64,000 nucleotides of DNA from Felis catus. Lineage: Eukaryota. The notes under the pieces are model-generated. The model had not been told where the DNA came from, did no database searches, and saw only the letters and a list, made by a program, of their open reading frames with translations. This document shows positions 26,747 to 39,007 of this stretch, in pieces (the stretch's first letter is position 1; each line of letters opens with the position of its first letter). The translations under genes were made by a program, and so were the position numbers. The DNA lies in assembly GCF_018350175.1 (NCBI RefSeq), contig NC_058368.1, positions 8,742,001 to 8,806,000 of the forward strand, written 5' to 3'.

Positions 26747-26791
26747 TGTCTGTCTCTCTCTCTCTTTTTTCTTTTTTTTTTTTTTTTTTTT
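23579..26791 (-). mobile_element. Carnivore L1, 5'-truncated (about 3.2 kb; ORF2 RT/C-terminal remnants and 3'UTR)
   Basis: ORF fragments [71 protein letters not shown]; carnivore L1 3'UTR; probable TSD gc(c/t)atccccaag at 23560 and 26792. Confidence 0.95.
26685..26791. repeat. (TC)n(TG)n(TC)n(T)n compound microsatellite at the L1 truncation point
   Basis: Directly visible. Confidence 0.93.
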
Positions 26792-27566
26792 GCTATCCCC
26801 AAGCTTGCTAAAGTGGAGGCAGGTCTAGGTACGTCCATGTCTGTGTTATTTCTCTAATCTGCCATCCATTGTTCTTTGACTTTCTGGTGAAGGTGAGTGT
26901 CTGTGGCCAGCACACAAGGGGAACTGCACTGTGCTCCTGGACATAATTTGAGGAGCGTGCACCTGCTGTTCTTAGTTATTGCTCACGCTCAGGCTATTCC
27001 ATTCTGCTGGGGCCAGCTCTGACAACAGGTTCCAGGAAGGCTCAGCTGCAGCCGCGAGAGCTAAAAGGCTCTCTAGGTCACCTCTGTGGACCAGCTGCAT
27101 GGAAATTAATTAGAGGCAGACCATGTCCCCCGTGGCTCGGGTCTCGGTGATGCTGAGGTCATTAGCAGTTGTGTTCAGCTGCAGCTTCCATCTCTGTCTT
27201 CTGAAAATTTGTTTTGGCAGGAAGAGGCGGGCAGACCGAGGTGGCCGCTAGGGACAGTACAACTTTAATTCCCAGATAGTTTGTCAGAGTCACTGGGGTG
27301 CAGTGACCTCCAGAGACAGGGGCGTTTTTCATCCCATCAGAGACAGCAGTGTGCTCCTTCCCCTGACCACCACCACTAAATTTCCCGTGCTGTAAACGAG
27401 CGTCATCCCCAAAGCACAGGGGGTGGTGACCATAGCGAAAAATCACCGAAATGTTATTTTGTTCCCTTTGCCTTTTGTTAAACCTCCCTTTCGACAAACG
27501 ACTGGTGTTACTGTTTGAGTTGTAACTTGCTCTTTTTCTTTTTTTCTCCTTTTAAACTCTGCTTAG

Positions 27567-27665
27567 GATCCAAGAAAGAAGTACAAAAAGATCAAGATGC
27601 TAATAAACCTGCTGTTTCGTCCCCTAAGAGAACAGTGGCTGCAACCACGAAGCTTCATTCACCAG
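27567..27665 (+). CDS. MTUS2: MTUS2 internal coding exon (99 nt, phase 1/1): (G)[32 protein letters not shown](G)
   Basis: Long polypyrimidine tract with ...ctgcttAG acceptor (27565-27566) and CAG|GTATTT donor. Open frame closely resembles recalled human MTUS2 [32 protein letters not shown] and splices in frame to the exon at 38796. Confidence 0.93.
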
Positions 27666-28165
27666 GTATTTAAGAAGCGCGAAGGGTGTTCATTCAGGGA
27701 GTAGGCTTGAACTTGTCATTCATTTTGTTCAAATGTCGTTGATGAGCAGTGCCGGCCCCTGTGATACGCGTGATTGTTTCAAGGCTTGATGTGCATACAC
27801 CGATGTGTTCTGACTCTAGACGAAATGAACCGGCCGTTGGCATCATTTTATGTTAAAAAATGAAATGTTATCGGGCTTTGAAGAGGTAGAGTCTTCTCTG
27901 TGTAGAAGTAATTTATAATTGACACAGACTTTGAAGATCTGACCTCAAGAGATAATAATAGCTTCTAAAAAGAGAAAGGTAGAAAACCAACAGCCATCGA
28001 ATACTTGCAATTTTGTCAATGAGGAAGACATTTATTTACCTTCAGATATGAAGAAACGAGGTAACATCACTTGAGAGTTGAAAACCATTTATCATGGAAG
28101 TTGGTACGGTAGGCATTAACCCCTTTGTAGAACAGAATGGAGTGTAACCTCACAAGATTTTCTTT

Positions 28166-28397
28166 TTTTTTTATTTTTTTAAAAATTTTTTTTTCAACGT
28201 TTATTTATTTTTGGGACAGAGAGAGACAGAGCATGAATGGGGGAGGGGCAGAGAGAGAGGGAGACACAGAATCGGAAACAGGCTCCAGGCTCTGAGCCAT
28301 CAGCCCAGAGCCTGACGCGGGGCTCGAACTCGAGGCCCGCGAGATCGTGACCTGGCTGAAGTCGGACGCTTAACCGACTGTGCCACCCAAGCGCCCC
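28166..28397 (-). mobile_element. Young felid Can-SINE
   Basis: 18-bp TSD cctcacaagattttcttt at 28148 and 28396, followed by aa (TTTT/AA target). Confidence 0.97.
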
Positions 28398-28749
28398 TCA
28401 CAAGATTTTCTTTAAGCACAAAAATTGTAGCAGTCATAGGAGTTACTGTTTGAGTTCTTACTGTAAACCAGGGTACCAGGTACTGTCCTAACCTTTTTAA
28501 ATGTATTAATTTATTTAAATGCCTGCAGTGACTGTGAAACGGGCACCTATTGAACAGTCAAAGAACATTTATTAGATGCATGTGAGATGCTGTGAAATCT
28601 AGCTTTAGACTGCTTACAAAGCACACATCTAAATGTAAGAATACTAAAAGGTTAAACATGAAAGGAAATATTTATACCAAATAAATATGAAACAAAAGGA
28701 AATTTGTGGTGTTACTGTAATACTAATAAATAGGAAAACACACATTTGT

Positions 28750-29440
28750 AAAGCAAACATTTTGATACATTTTGACACGTATGCGCACGAGAGACCATCA
28801 CCACAATCCAGATAGCAAATGTATCCACCATCCCGGTGCCCCTTGGGACTCCTAACCCCCTAACCCCTCTGCACCCCACCCCAGTCCCCGTTCTGTCCCT
28901 ATATAGATGAGTTTGCATTTTCTAAAACTTCCTATAAATGGAATCATGTCGTATGCACTCTACTTTTCTCTGGCGGCTTTTACTCGGCTCGATTACTTTG
29001 AGTAAAGTTCCAGTGCGTGGATACCACGGTTGATCCATTACCTGTCCATGCATCTTTGGGCTTTTCCTCCAAGGATTTGGCTCTTGTAAACAAAGCTGCT
29101 CTGCATGTTGGTACAAGTCTTGGTATGGACACCTCCTTCTGATTTTCTTGGGGAGCATCTAGGAGTGGAATGCCTGAGTCATATGGTAGTTATTTGTTTA
29201 ACCTTCTAAAAATGTTAAAAGGCTTTCCAAACTGTTTTTCGAGGTGGTTGTACCGTTTTATATTCCCAGTGGTAGTGTGTGCGAGAGACCCAGTGCCTTC
29301 ACGTTTTTTTTTTTGTTTGTTTGTTTTTTTTGCCAATAGGTGGTATGGTCACTTTTTAAAATCATAGACACTGTAATAGGTATATAGTGGTATCTTGTGT
29401 AGATTTAAAGTTTATTTATTTATTTTGAGAGGCGGGGAGG

Positions 29441-29482
<42 letters not shown>

Positions 29483-30060
29483 CCCAAGCAGTGTCTGCAC
29501 TGTCAGCACAGAGCCCAGTGCAGGGCTTGATCTCATGAACCACAAGATCATAACCTGAGCCGAAATCGGGAGTCAGACTCAACTGACCGAGTTACCCAGG
29601 CACCCCGTATCTTACGCAGTTTTAATTTGCATTTCCCTAATAACGAATGATGTTATGATGTGGAGCATCTTTTTATGTTTATTTGACATCTGTACATACT
29701 CTTGGGTAAAATATTCAAAAATTTATAATTTTTATTGGTTTTTCATCTTAATGAATTTTGAAGGGCTTTATATGTATATATATGTATATGTATGCATTCC
29801 CCCCACAATCTGTGACTTATTTTGTGTTCTCCCAGAAGTGCTTTTGAAAAATACACATTCTTAAGTTTCCCGAAGTCCAATTTTTATCTTTTATGGACTA
29901 TGCTTTAGGTGTTATCTTAAAAAAATCTTTGCATCACCCTAGACCACGAAGATTTTCTCCTACATTTTCTTCTGAAAGGTTTAGAGTTCTAGGCTTTATA
30001 TTTAAGCCTGTGATCCATTTGAGTTAGCTTTCATACTGTGTGAGGGAGGTGTGGCTTCAC
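28750..30060 (-). mobile_element. Old L1 (L1MB/MC-type) 3' region
   Basis: ataaatggaatcat..., ctaggagtggaatgcctgagtcatatggtag, ttttaatttgcatttccctaa motifs. Confidence 0.8.
29409..29606 (-). mobile_element. Can-SINE inserted in old L1
   Basis: (GA)n plus reverse head; degenerate TSD gtatctt.....tttaa. Confidence 0.93.
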
Positions 30061-30180
30061 TTTTTTTTTTGCAGAGTAACAGGCAACAAATTTCTACTCT
30101 GATCTTTATGATTTATTTTACTCTGTTTATGTGGGGTTTAACTAGCTAATATCATTAGTTTAAAATCTTTCTTCTTTTTA

Positions 30181-30408
30181 GGGGTGCCTGGATGGCTCAG
30201 TCAGTTAGGTGTCCGACTTCAGCTCAGGTCATGATCTCATGGTTCGTGAGTTCGAGCCCCGCGTTGGGCTCTGAGTTGCCAGCTCAGAGCCTGGAGCCTG
30301 TTTCAGATTCTGTCTCCCTCTCTTTCTGCCCCTCTCCTGTTCACGCTCTATGTCTCAAAAATAAAAAAAAACATTAAAAAAATTTAATATAAAAAAATAA
30401 AAAATAAA
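30181..30408 (+). mobile_element. Felid Can-SINE
   Basis: Typical head and tail. Confidence 0.95.
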
Positions 30409-30409
30409 A

Positions 30410-33400
30410 CCTTTCTTTGTTTTCTAATGTGTGTGTTTAGTACAATAAATTTCCCTTTATCCATTGCTTCAGTTATAGTGCACAAATTTTGATGTGCTGG
30501 GTTTCATCTTCATTGGGTTCAAACTATTTTTAAATTTCCTTTTGTGACTTCTTAACGCATGATTATTTTGAAGTGTGTTTGCAGATATCTGGGACTTTCC
30601 AGATCTCTCTGATTTTACTTCTAATTTAATCCCATCGTGGTTGGAGAATATACTTTGGATTATCTGAATCCTTTTAAATGAACTGAGACGTGTTGACTCA
30701 CAACAAGGTCTTTCTCGCTAAATGACTCATACACACTTGAGAAAATGTCTAGTCCACCGTATCTGTGTGAAGCATTCTACAGATGTCATGGGTCAAGTTG
30801 GCTGATAGCATAATTCAAGTATTCTATATCCTTACTGATTTTCTGTCTACATGTTCTCTTCGGAATTGAGAGAAGGCTGTTGAAATCTCAGAGCATAATT
30901 GTGGACTTGTCCATTTCTCCTTTCGGTTCTATCATTATTTGCTTCCTGCATTTTGAAGCTCTGCTATTAGGTACATAAACCTTTAGGGCCATTTATCATT
31001 TTGATGAATTGCCCACTTTATTATTAGGAAATGACCCTGTTTATTCCTGGCAATATGCTTTTCCCTGAAATCCACTTTATTCAGTGTTAGTTGTCCCACT
31101 CCAGCTTTCCATTAGTTCAGCATGGTTGTACCTCCTTGCACACTTCTCCTTGTCACCTGTGTGTCTCTTTATTTTTAAGCGGGTTTCTTACAGGCAGCAT
31201 GTAATTGACTCTTGTATTTTTCTCTAATCTGAAAGCTTTGCCTTTGATGTACATTTAATGTTATAGATTTGATTGGGATTAAATCCACTATCTTCCTATT
31301 ATTTCCTAGCCATCTCGCATATTGTTTTTTTGTTTTTTCCCTATTTTGCTGCCTTCTTTTGTATTAATTAATTTTTTTATTATTCCATTTGTCCCCTTTA
31401 TTGATGTATTCGAGATCTGTATCTTATTGGGTTATTTTAGTGGTTGCTTTAGGGTTCCTAGTTTTTGTCTTTAACTTTTCACATTCTGCCTTGAGGCAAT
31501 GTCATGTCACTTCACATATAATGCAGTTGATCCTTGAACAACATGGGTTGGAACTGTGCAGGTCCCCTTACACGCGAATTTTCTTCATTAGATACAGTAC
31601 TGTATTATAAGTATATTTCCTCTTCCTTACGATTTTCTTAATGACATTTTCTTTTCTCTAGCTTACTGTATCGTAAGACTACAATGTTGGATACATACAG
31701 CACACAAACTATGTGTTAATCAGTTGACTGTGACATCAGAAAGGCTTCCAGTCAACAGTAGGCTCTCAGTAGTTAAGTTTGAAGGCGGGGGGGGGGGGTC
31801 AAAAGTTATATGTGGATTTTCAACTGCACAGGGGGCTGTTACCCCTCACCCCTGCGTTGTTCAAGGCTCAACTATGTAAGAATCTCCCAACTGTATACTT
31901 ACATCCCTCTCCTGACATATGTGCTCCTGTATTCCAACACTTTCCTTCCATGCGTGTCCTAAACCAGCCCTGCACTGTTCCTGTTGACTATCGATGCTGT
32001 TTTCTTTCTAGGAGATTTAAATAAGAAAAAAGTCTTTTAGACTTATCCCTGTAGTTGTCATTCTCTCTGCAGACCCGGATTCCCAGCTGGTCCCATTCTT
32101 CTACCTAAAGGATTTTCTCTGACCTTCTTGGTGGCAGAGCTTTTCTGGTGGTGGAATCTTTCTGTGTTTGTGTACCTTCATTTTTCATAGATACTTCTAT
32201 TGTGTTCAGAATTCAAGTTGGCATTTCCCCCCCCTGAAGTATTTAAAGATGTGTTTCCACGGCTCTCCTGATCTTTCTTTCTCTGTACGTAAGGCATCTA
32301 CTCTGGCTGTTTGAGAGCTGTTCTCTTCAGCACCGGTTGTGAGCAACACGATTACACTATGCCTTGGTGTCCTTCCCTTCGTGGCTTTTGCGCTTGAGAT
32401 TTGCTGTGAATCATACAGTTTTCATACGGTTTGAAAGGGGGTTGCCTATCATTTCCTCAGACACGTTCAGGCCTGACCCCTCCTCTTCAAGGTCTACAAC
32501 TGTATACACATCAGGCCACTTGAAGTTGATTCACAGCTCCTGTCCAAACGGATAACATTGTTTGTTTCTTTCACTCTTTTTTTTCTGAGTGTTTCATTTT
32601 GGATAGTTTCTCTTACTGTGTGTTTGCTAATTTTCCTTTCCTTTTCCTTTCTTTCTTTTTTTTTTTTTTAAATAGCACCCATTTGTTTGTTCTACTGGTC
32701 ACAGTTCTGTAGGTTAGACGTCCAGGTGTGGCTTCCGTGGGTTCTCCGTTCAAAGTATCACAAGGCTGAAATCATATGTCAGCGGGGCTCAGTTCTTGAC
32801 CGGAGGCTCTGGAGGAAAAAGCCACTTTCAAATGCATTCAGGTTGTCGGTAGAACCAGTTCACTGTAATTATGAGACTGAGGTTCCTGTTTAGAGTCGGG
32901 GACCACTTTCAGCTCGTAGGGCCCCTGACAGCCATCAGTGTACTTTCTGTTTTATGGGTTTGCTTGTTCTGGACATTTCATATAAATGGAATCGTACAAC
33001 ATGTGTGTGACCTTTTGTATTGGCTTCTTTGACTTTGCATAAATGTTTTTGAGGCTCATTCATGTTAAAGCGTGAGTCAGTATTTTATTCTTAGTTTTGG
33101 CTGAATAATATTCCATTACATGGATATATCACATTCGATAATTTACATTCATCAATTGATGGACATGTGGGTTGTATCCAGTGTTGGGGCTGCTGTGATA
33201 ATGCTGCTATGAACATTCATGTTACAATCTTATGTCATGTCTAAATCTACTCTTAATCCCATTCTGTGTATTTTTTGTCTTAAGACATTTGAGTTTCCAA
33301 TCTCAAGAATTTTTATTTAGGCCTTTTTTTTTCTAAATCGCTTTGTTTCTACTTGACATGTTCAGTCGTTCCACTCGTTTCTTGAACATATGGAATGCAG

Positions 33401-34200
33401 TCACAAATAACTGTTAATCATCTGCATCATTTCTTGTGGGCCTCACTTGATTGCGTTTCTCCTCCTCATGGGTTCTATGTCCCTGCTTATTTCCATGCCT
33501 GAGAGTTTTTTTAGATGCCAGACATTGTAAATTTTTCCTTGTTGGGTAGTGGATTTTTCATTCCTATGAATATTCTTAAGCTTTGTTCTTAAATAAAACT
33601 ATGTTACTTGCAAAGAGTTCAGTTATTTTGGGGCTTGGTTGTTGGCTTTGTTATGCAGGTCCCAACTAGTGATCGGTCCAGAGCTAATTTTACCGTATTA
33701 CAGCCAAGACCCTTTTGGGTATACTATCCACTGCCCCCTGAATTACAAGGTTTTCCATTCTGGCTGATGGGAACAGGAACAAATTCTGAGCCTCCGTGAG
33801 CTCTGAGGAGTCGTTTCCTGCAGTCATTTGGGGAATTCTTTCCCTGGTCTTGGACCCTCTCTTCCCAGGCACGCAATGATCAGAACTTGGCCAAAGACTC
33901 GAGGGGACCCTCTGCGCGTGTCCAGAGTGCTCTCTCTGTGGAGTGACGTTCTCTCTGCTAAATCTGCCTTGTGACCTCTGAGCCCTCAGCTCCCTGAGCC
34001 CCCAGCTCCGTTCTCTCAACTTCGGGTAACCACCAGGCCCCACGTGGGTTCCCTGACTCATGCCACAGCCTGGAAAGTCATTCCAGGAAATAGGCTGAGG
34101 CAATTATAGGGATCACCTCCTTTGCTTTCTGGCTCAGGATCCCCGTACTTCATTGCCTAATGTTGATGTCTTAAAAACCATTGTCTTATATATTTGGGCT
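30410..34200 (-). mobile_element. Ancient L1 debris (ORF2 5' part, ORF1, 5' region) with nested elements
   Basis: T-rich + strand with L1M motifs (tattctatatccttactgattttctgtcta, tttgaagctctgctattaggtacata, gggaccctctgc...gcaattatagggatcacctc). Confidence 0.7.
31524..31874. mobile_element. Tigger2a/MER28-like Tc1-mariner MITE
   Basis: Terminal inverted repeats cagttgatccttgaacaac ... gttgttcaaggctcaacta. Confidence 0.85.
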
Positions 34201-36818
34201 GAGTTTTTGAATATCATTTGAATATACATTTTTGAATATCAAAATTTAGCAATTGCTATAGTACTATTACACCATGATTGTTTCACCCTTGGAGAAAGAA
34301 GTTCAGGTTTACCTTGCTACCTATACCTCTTATAAATACTAAGAAATTTCCTGAAGATGAGAATATTTTTATGTCACTCTTTATTTTGTCTAGAAGAAGG
34401 GATTATTTATTTTTATAAAATAAATATATATATATTTAAAAAATATATAAAATAAAAAAGGGATTACAAATTTTTATAGTTGGCTTTAGAAACCCTGATT
34501 GTAACTTCTGGGGATTTTTTGTTGTTGTTGTTCACTTATCCATCAATATAGAAAAGAATCCACTCCTTCCTTGGAATGGGAGATGGAAACCTCTCCTTTC
34601 TAGAGCATAGCAGGTCGGTACCCACTTTAGTAATTCCTGCCCTCACCCATGCTCAGGACTGGCTCGAAAGAAATGTCCTACTACCCTCCTGTCATTTGTT
34701 CTTCACCTTCCCCGCCCTTAGCCAGCCTCAGGCCAGCAAGTGCCAGGACTAAGTCGGAAAATACTGTGTCATGTGGCAGAATTTTCTGGAATAAATTTAG
34801 ATCTGCTTCAGGAACATAGAGCCTATCCAAGACCACAAAGAACTGGGCGATGTGCTACCTAGGGGGTCCTGCTGGTGCCAGTGTGCAAGAAATAGATTTC
34901 CTTTCTGCTAGGATGTTGGCCAAACTCATGAAGTGCTTTTCCCTAAGTCAGAAGGCTATCTCTCTAAGTTGTGTCCTGTCCTTCTTCTTTACAGGGATTA
35001 AGGCCATGGGCCTTCTCTGCTGTTGTAAATACACAGATTCCAGTGCTGTACTGTTTATCACGTCAGTTAAGCGTCCAGCTTGAAAATTAAACCAAGCTTT
35101 TCCATCCATTAGAATCCTCTAGATAGTAAGCGGATGGCTGCGGATGAATTTTTAATATTCTCTTTCCATTTTTAAGGGCTGCATTCTCCCCAGTGCTCTG
35201 CCTTTGCACGCAAGCGGCTTGCATTCACCTTTGTGAGAATAGAAGGTTACTGGCCTTTTCCCCTGAGCTGCCAGATGTCACTGGGATGATCACAGATTCT
35301 GTCCGGCCCTTAGGTGGCTGAAAAGAAATTGTGATTGGGGCAAGATGACGATAATGGGAGAGTGTTCTGGATTTAGAATGTGCCCCAAACCTGTGAGGTC
35401 TGTCAGAGATGCTGTGGAGTGGGCCAGCGGCTTGCTGAAGTGGTAGGAGGCCTGGACAGGGACTCAGAAGCTTGACATCCAGGCTGCGCCCCTGGACAAT
35501 GGATTGCCTCACGTCACAGACGGGGCCTCATTCCTTCGCCCTCCCCACTGGACTTTGCCTATGTCCCTCACAGAGTAGGTGCTCAGTAAAAGCTGTCAGA
35601 CATTTTGGATCCCCACAAAACATACGACACGAAGTGTACATGTGAAATCATCTCTGTCTGTAGGTCGTGGCAAGACACTGGTCTAGGTATTTCTGTTCAC
35701 AGACTTCGTATGGAAGAGTGGCCTTGGGGATAAGGCTCACTAACAGTTGGGAAGTGTATAAGGGGCACTCCTTAAAAGACTGGTTATTGCTACTCTCTTT
35801 TCCACTTCATTTAAAGACTCCAAAACCACCAATAAGCCTCATTTGAAAGTCTTTATTCATTAACCAGCTTCCTAGTTCAATGGAGTGGAAATTGGAAGGC
35901 TATGGTAGGAGACAGATTTGGGGGGAAAGAGGCCGAACACACCTAAGAGGCTCCGTCTGACTGCGGAGAGAGGCCAGTGGCATATCTGCCTGCTTGGAAG
36001 CTCCGACCACCGTAGAAGCTATATATAAATACTGCAAGGAGTAGGGAAGGACGTGATAGCAAAACCTTCCAGCACCTGGAGGTGTCCTCAGGGGACATGG
36101 CATGCCCCCCCCCCCTCCCCCATTTAAGGCATTTCTCCGGCTCCTCCAGACAAACACGGGTGTAAGAGGTCAGAAGTGAGGCACCTCAGCACACCTCCTG
36201 TCAGTGCCAAGCCTGTTTGTTCTCCATGAGCAACACGTGATCGCTGCCTTCCGGAAGTTTTCCCTCATGCTCCCTTACCCCCTTACTTCCTAAGCCGATT
36301 GGTATTTTAGCTCCATTACGTGCTGGCTTTTAGAAGAAGATAGTAGAAGCAGACAAAACCCTCAGTTGTTTTTTTTTTGTTTTGTTTTGTGCGAGACAGG
36401 TGATGCTGGCTGTGTGCAGTCATTTCATTTCGACATAAGCTCTCCGTCTCCAAGATGGTAGATGAGCCCGTGCGGCTGTCCTCACGCACGGTCCTGGGGA
36501 CGGTGTGACACGTGGGTGGACGGGAAAGTAAGCGACAGAACAATACTTCAGGGAGCTGGCTATCGACCTACTTAATAGAAACTACAGCCCAAAAAACGAT
36601 ACTGGTTTTTGTTGGGTGCCAGATGGACAGCTGACCAAGAATCCCAAAGGAAGATTGGTTCCAAAAGGTAGTTGGGCGTCTGAAAGCCGCAGGTTTCACA
36701 CTTGTGTGTGGATCCCAGGTGCTGATGTTCTTAGGGGAACCTCTGTCTGGGCTCAGAACATCAGTTTGGCGGTCCCATGAAACACTGGAGTGTTTTATAA
36801 AATCAACCAGCCACACGT

Positions 36819-37037
36819 GGGGCGCCTGGGTGGCTCAGTCAGCTGAGCGTCCGACTTCGACTCAGGTCGTGATCTCACAGTTCGTGAGTTCGAGCCCCGC
36901 ATCCGGCTCTGCGCCGACGGCTCAGAGTCTGGAGCCTGCTTCGGATTCTGTGTCTCCCTCTCCCTCTGCCCCTCCCCTGCTCACTCTCTGTCTATCTGTC
37001 TCTCAAAAATAAATAAACACGAAAACAATTTTTTTCA
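36819..37037 (+). mobile_element. Felid Can-SINE
   Basis: TSD ataaaatca(a)ccagccacac at 36797 and 37038. Confidence 0.96.
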
Positions 37038-38795
37038 ATAAAATCACCAGCCACACCAATAAAATGGTAAACAGTCATCATGAAAAAAATCTACCCGGGG
37101 TCTTAGGCTGTGTCTTAGAGTTTAATTCAGGCAGCAGTAAAACCTCCCACGTATTGTTAGTAATTATTTTTCTTTTGTTATCAGTACTGAGAATGTTAGG
37201 ATTAAGCACATATTAAGATTGATGTGCCTACAACAAGCAAGTGACTTTTCTGGATTATTCTGTACACCACTGTCATAAAGACAGTTTTAAGGGAGCATGA
37301 ATTTCACGTTCTACTACTCCATTAAGCCATAATAGTCTAAGATATATGTGAGGTTGCATTGTGATCTCAGATGATTTCTTAAGGGGAAGATTTCATTAAA
37401 ATTAGCGTGGTTACTGTTACATCAACAATCAGAAGCATTTAGATCAGTTAACCGTCTTTTCCCCTTAAAAGATGAGGCCACTTGGGTGTTCAGTAGAGTA
37501 AGCCTGTTACCTGCTGTGTCTCAGTGTAGGGGAGACTGAGGAGACGACCGTTTTCTGATTGGTCTTCTGTGTTACTCCCTGATATTTTGGAGGGGAGGGG
37601 GGAGACAAAAGAAGTTTTGAAATATTGAAGCTTATTCACGATTGTGTGCTCAGGGTCTGTGTCACGTTCTCTACCCGAGCAGAGGGAAGAATGTGCTCAG
37701 GGGACCCAGGCCCACTGTCCACCACCGCCATGCTGGTCTGCAGCTCACCCAGGAAGCATGGGGGGTTCTGAGGAAGACACCCGCTTACCGTTGGGTCTAG
37801 ACCATGATGCAGTACCCGTCTCTGAGCACGTCCCTGGAGCCTTGCCTTTACTCCCCGAAGCGTCAACCTAATAGTTATTGTCCTGAAAGCCTCCCCCACC
37901 CCGTTCCCAGCTCCAGGTGGAGTTTCTGGTTCCTTCTTCAGTGGCCTCCCCACACATAGTGTTCGCCTGGATCCAGGAGCGGGATCTCGGAGGGTTTGTG
38001 GGCCAGGGGAAGAAATGAGCACTTTTTTTATACCACAGTGGAGCACCACCGCAGAGAGGGGTCCATGCAGGTCAAGAGCTGTTTTGTAGTCACAAAGATC
38101 ATTCTGGCTGTTGTGCAGTCAAGTAAAAAAAAAAAAAAGAAGAAGAAATAGAAGAAGCAGGGCTTTGCGTTAAAAGGTGACAGGTTCTGGTGGCTTGGAC
38201 TGGACCTTTTAGCTCTGGAGGTGGCATGAGTGGTCACATGGGGGGAGTATTTTGGGGAACATTGATGCCATAGGAACTTAAAGCCAGAAAACCCTGGAGC
38301 AGAGGTCATTGACCCTGCCACCAAAGAGAGCAACCACAGTAAGGGAAAGAAGGGGCATGTAGGCATTGCTCCTGGACGCCCAATTAGAAGGTTGCCAGCT
38401 TATAACTCTGAGTTCAACCTAGATTGACTGATTTATTTCCCATGAGACATTTTCACAGAGTAATCCCTTGAGGAAAAAAAAAAAGAAAGAAAAAACCCTG
38501 CATCAGTCTCTCTAAGCCAACCTAGAAGAAATGCAGGGAGCTGGAAGGAATCTGGCAATGTTGTCTGTCATTCTTCTCCTGAGATGAAACTCTGCACTGA
38601 GAACCTCGTAAACAGAGCAAATGTTTTAAGTCCCCGTCCGTTTTTTTTTTTTTTTTTCCTTTCAGCGCCTGAAATGACAAACCGTGAGCGGTGCCCTCTC
38701 GGCCACTTGCCCTTAATGAAATCCTTCGGCACCGAAGAGCTGTTGTCACGCTGGGGGTGGATGTTCTTCCACAAGTGACTGTTTTTCCCCCGCAG

Positions 38796-39007
38796 GATAC
38801 CCCAAACAGAGGACAGCGGCTCCCCGAAATGGCTTTTCCCCCAAGCCGGACCTGCAGGTGCGCGAAGCCGAGCGGCAGCTGGTGCAGCGGCTGAAAGACA
38901 GGTGCCAGCAGCAGGCCAGGCAGCTGGTCCTGGTCCAGGCGGAGCTGCGGAGGGCCGTGTGCGGCTTCCAGGCCCTTGCCGTGTCTACCCAGTATTTCTC
39001 CAGAAAG
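38796..39007 (+). CDS. MTUS2: MTUS2 internal coding exon (212 nt, phase 1/0): (G)[70 protein letters not shown], start of coiled-coil region
   Basis: gtttttcccccgcAG acceptor and AAG|GTGAGG donor. GC3-rich open frame matching recalled human MTUS2 [40 protein letters not shown]...FDALAVATQHFFRK. Overlaps supplied ORF 38858..39142. Confidence 0.95.

Larger units (their letters stand above)
27666..38795 (+). other. MTUS2: MTUS2 intron (11,130 bp, GT-AG)
   Basis: Lies between the two phase-compatible exons. Flanking MTUS2 exons were not found in the window, so 1-27566 and 39008-64000 are inferred to be intronic too. Confidence 0.85.
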
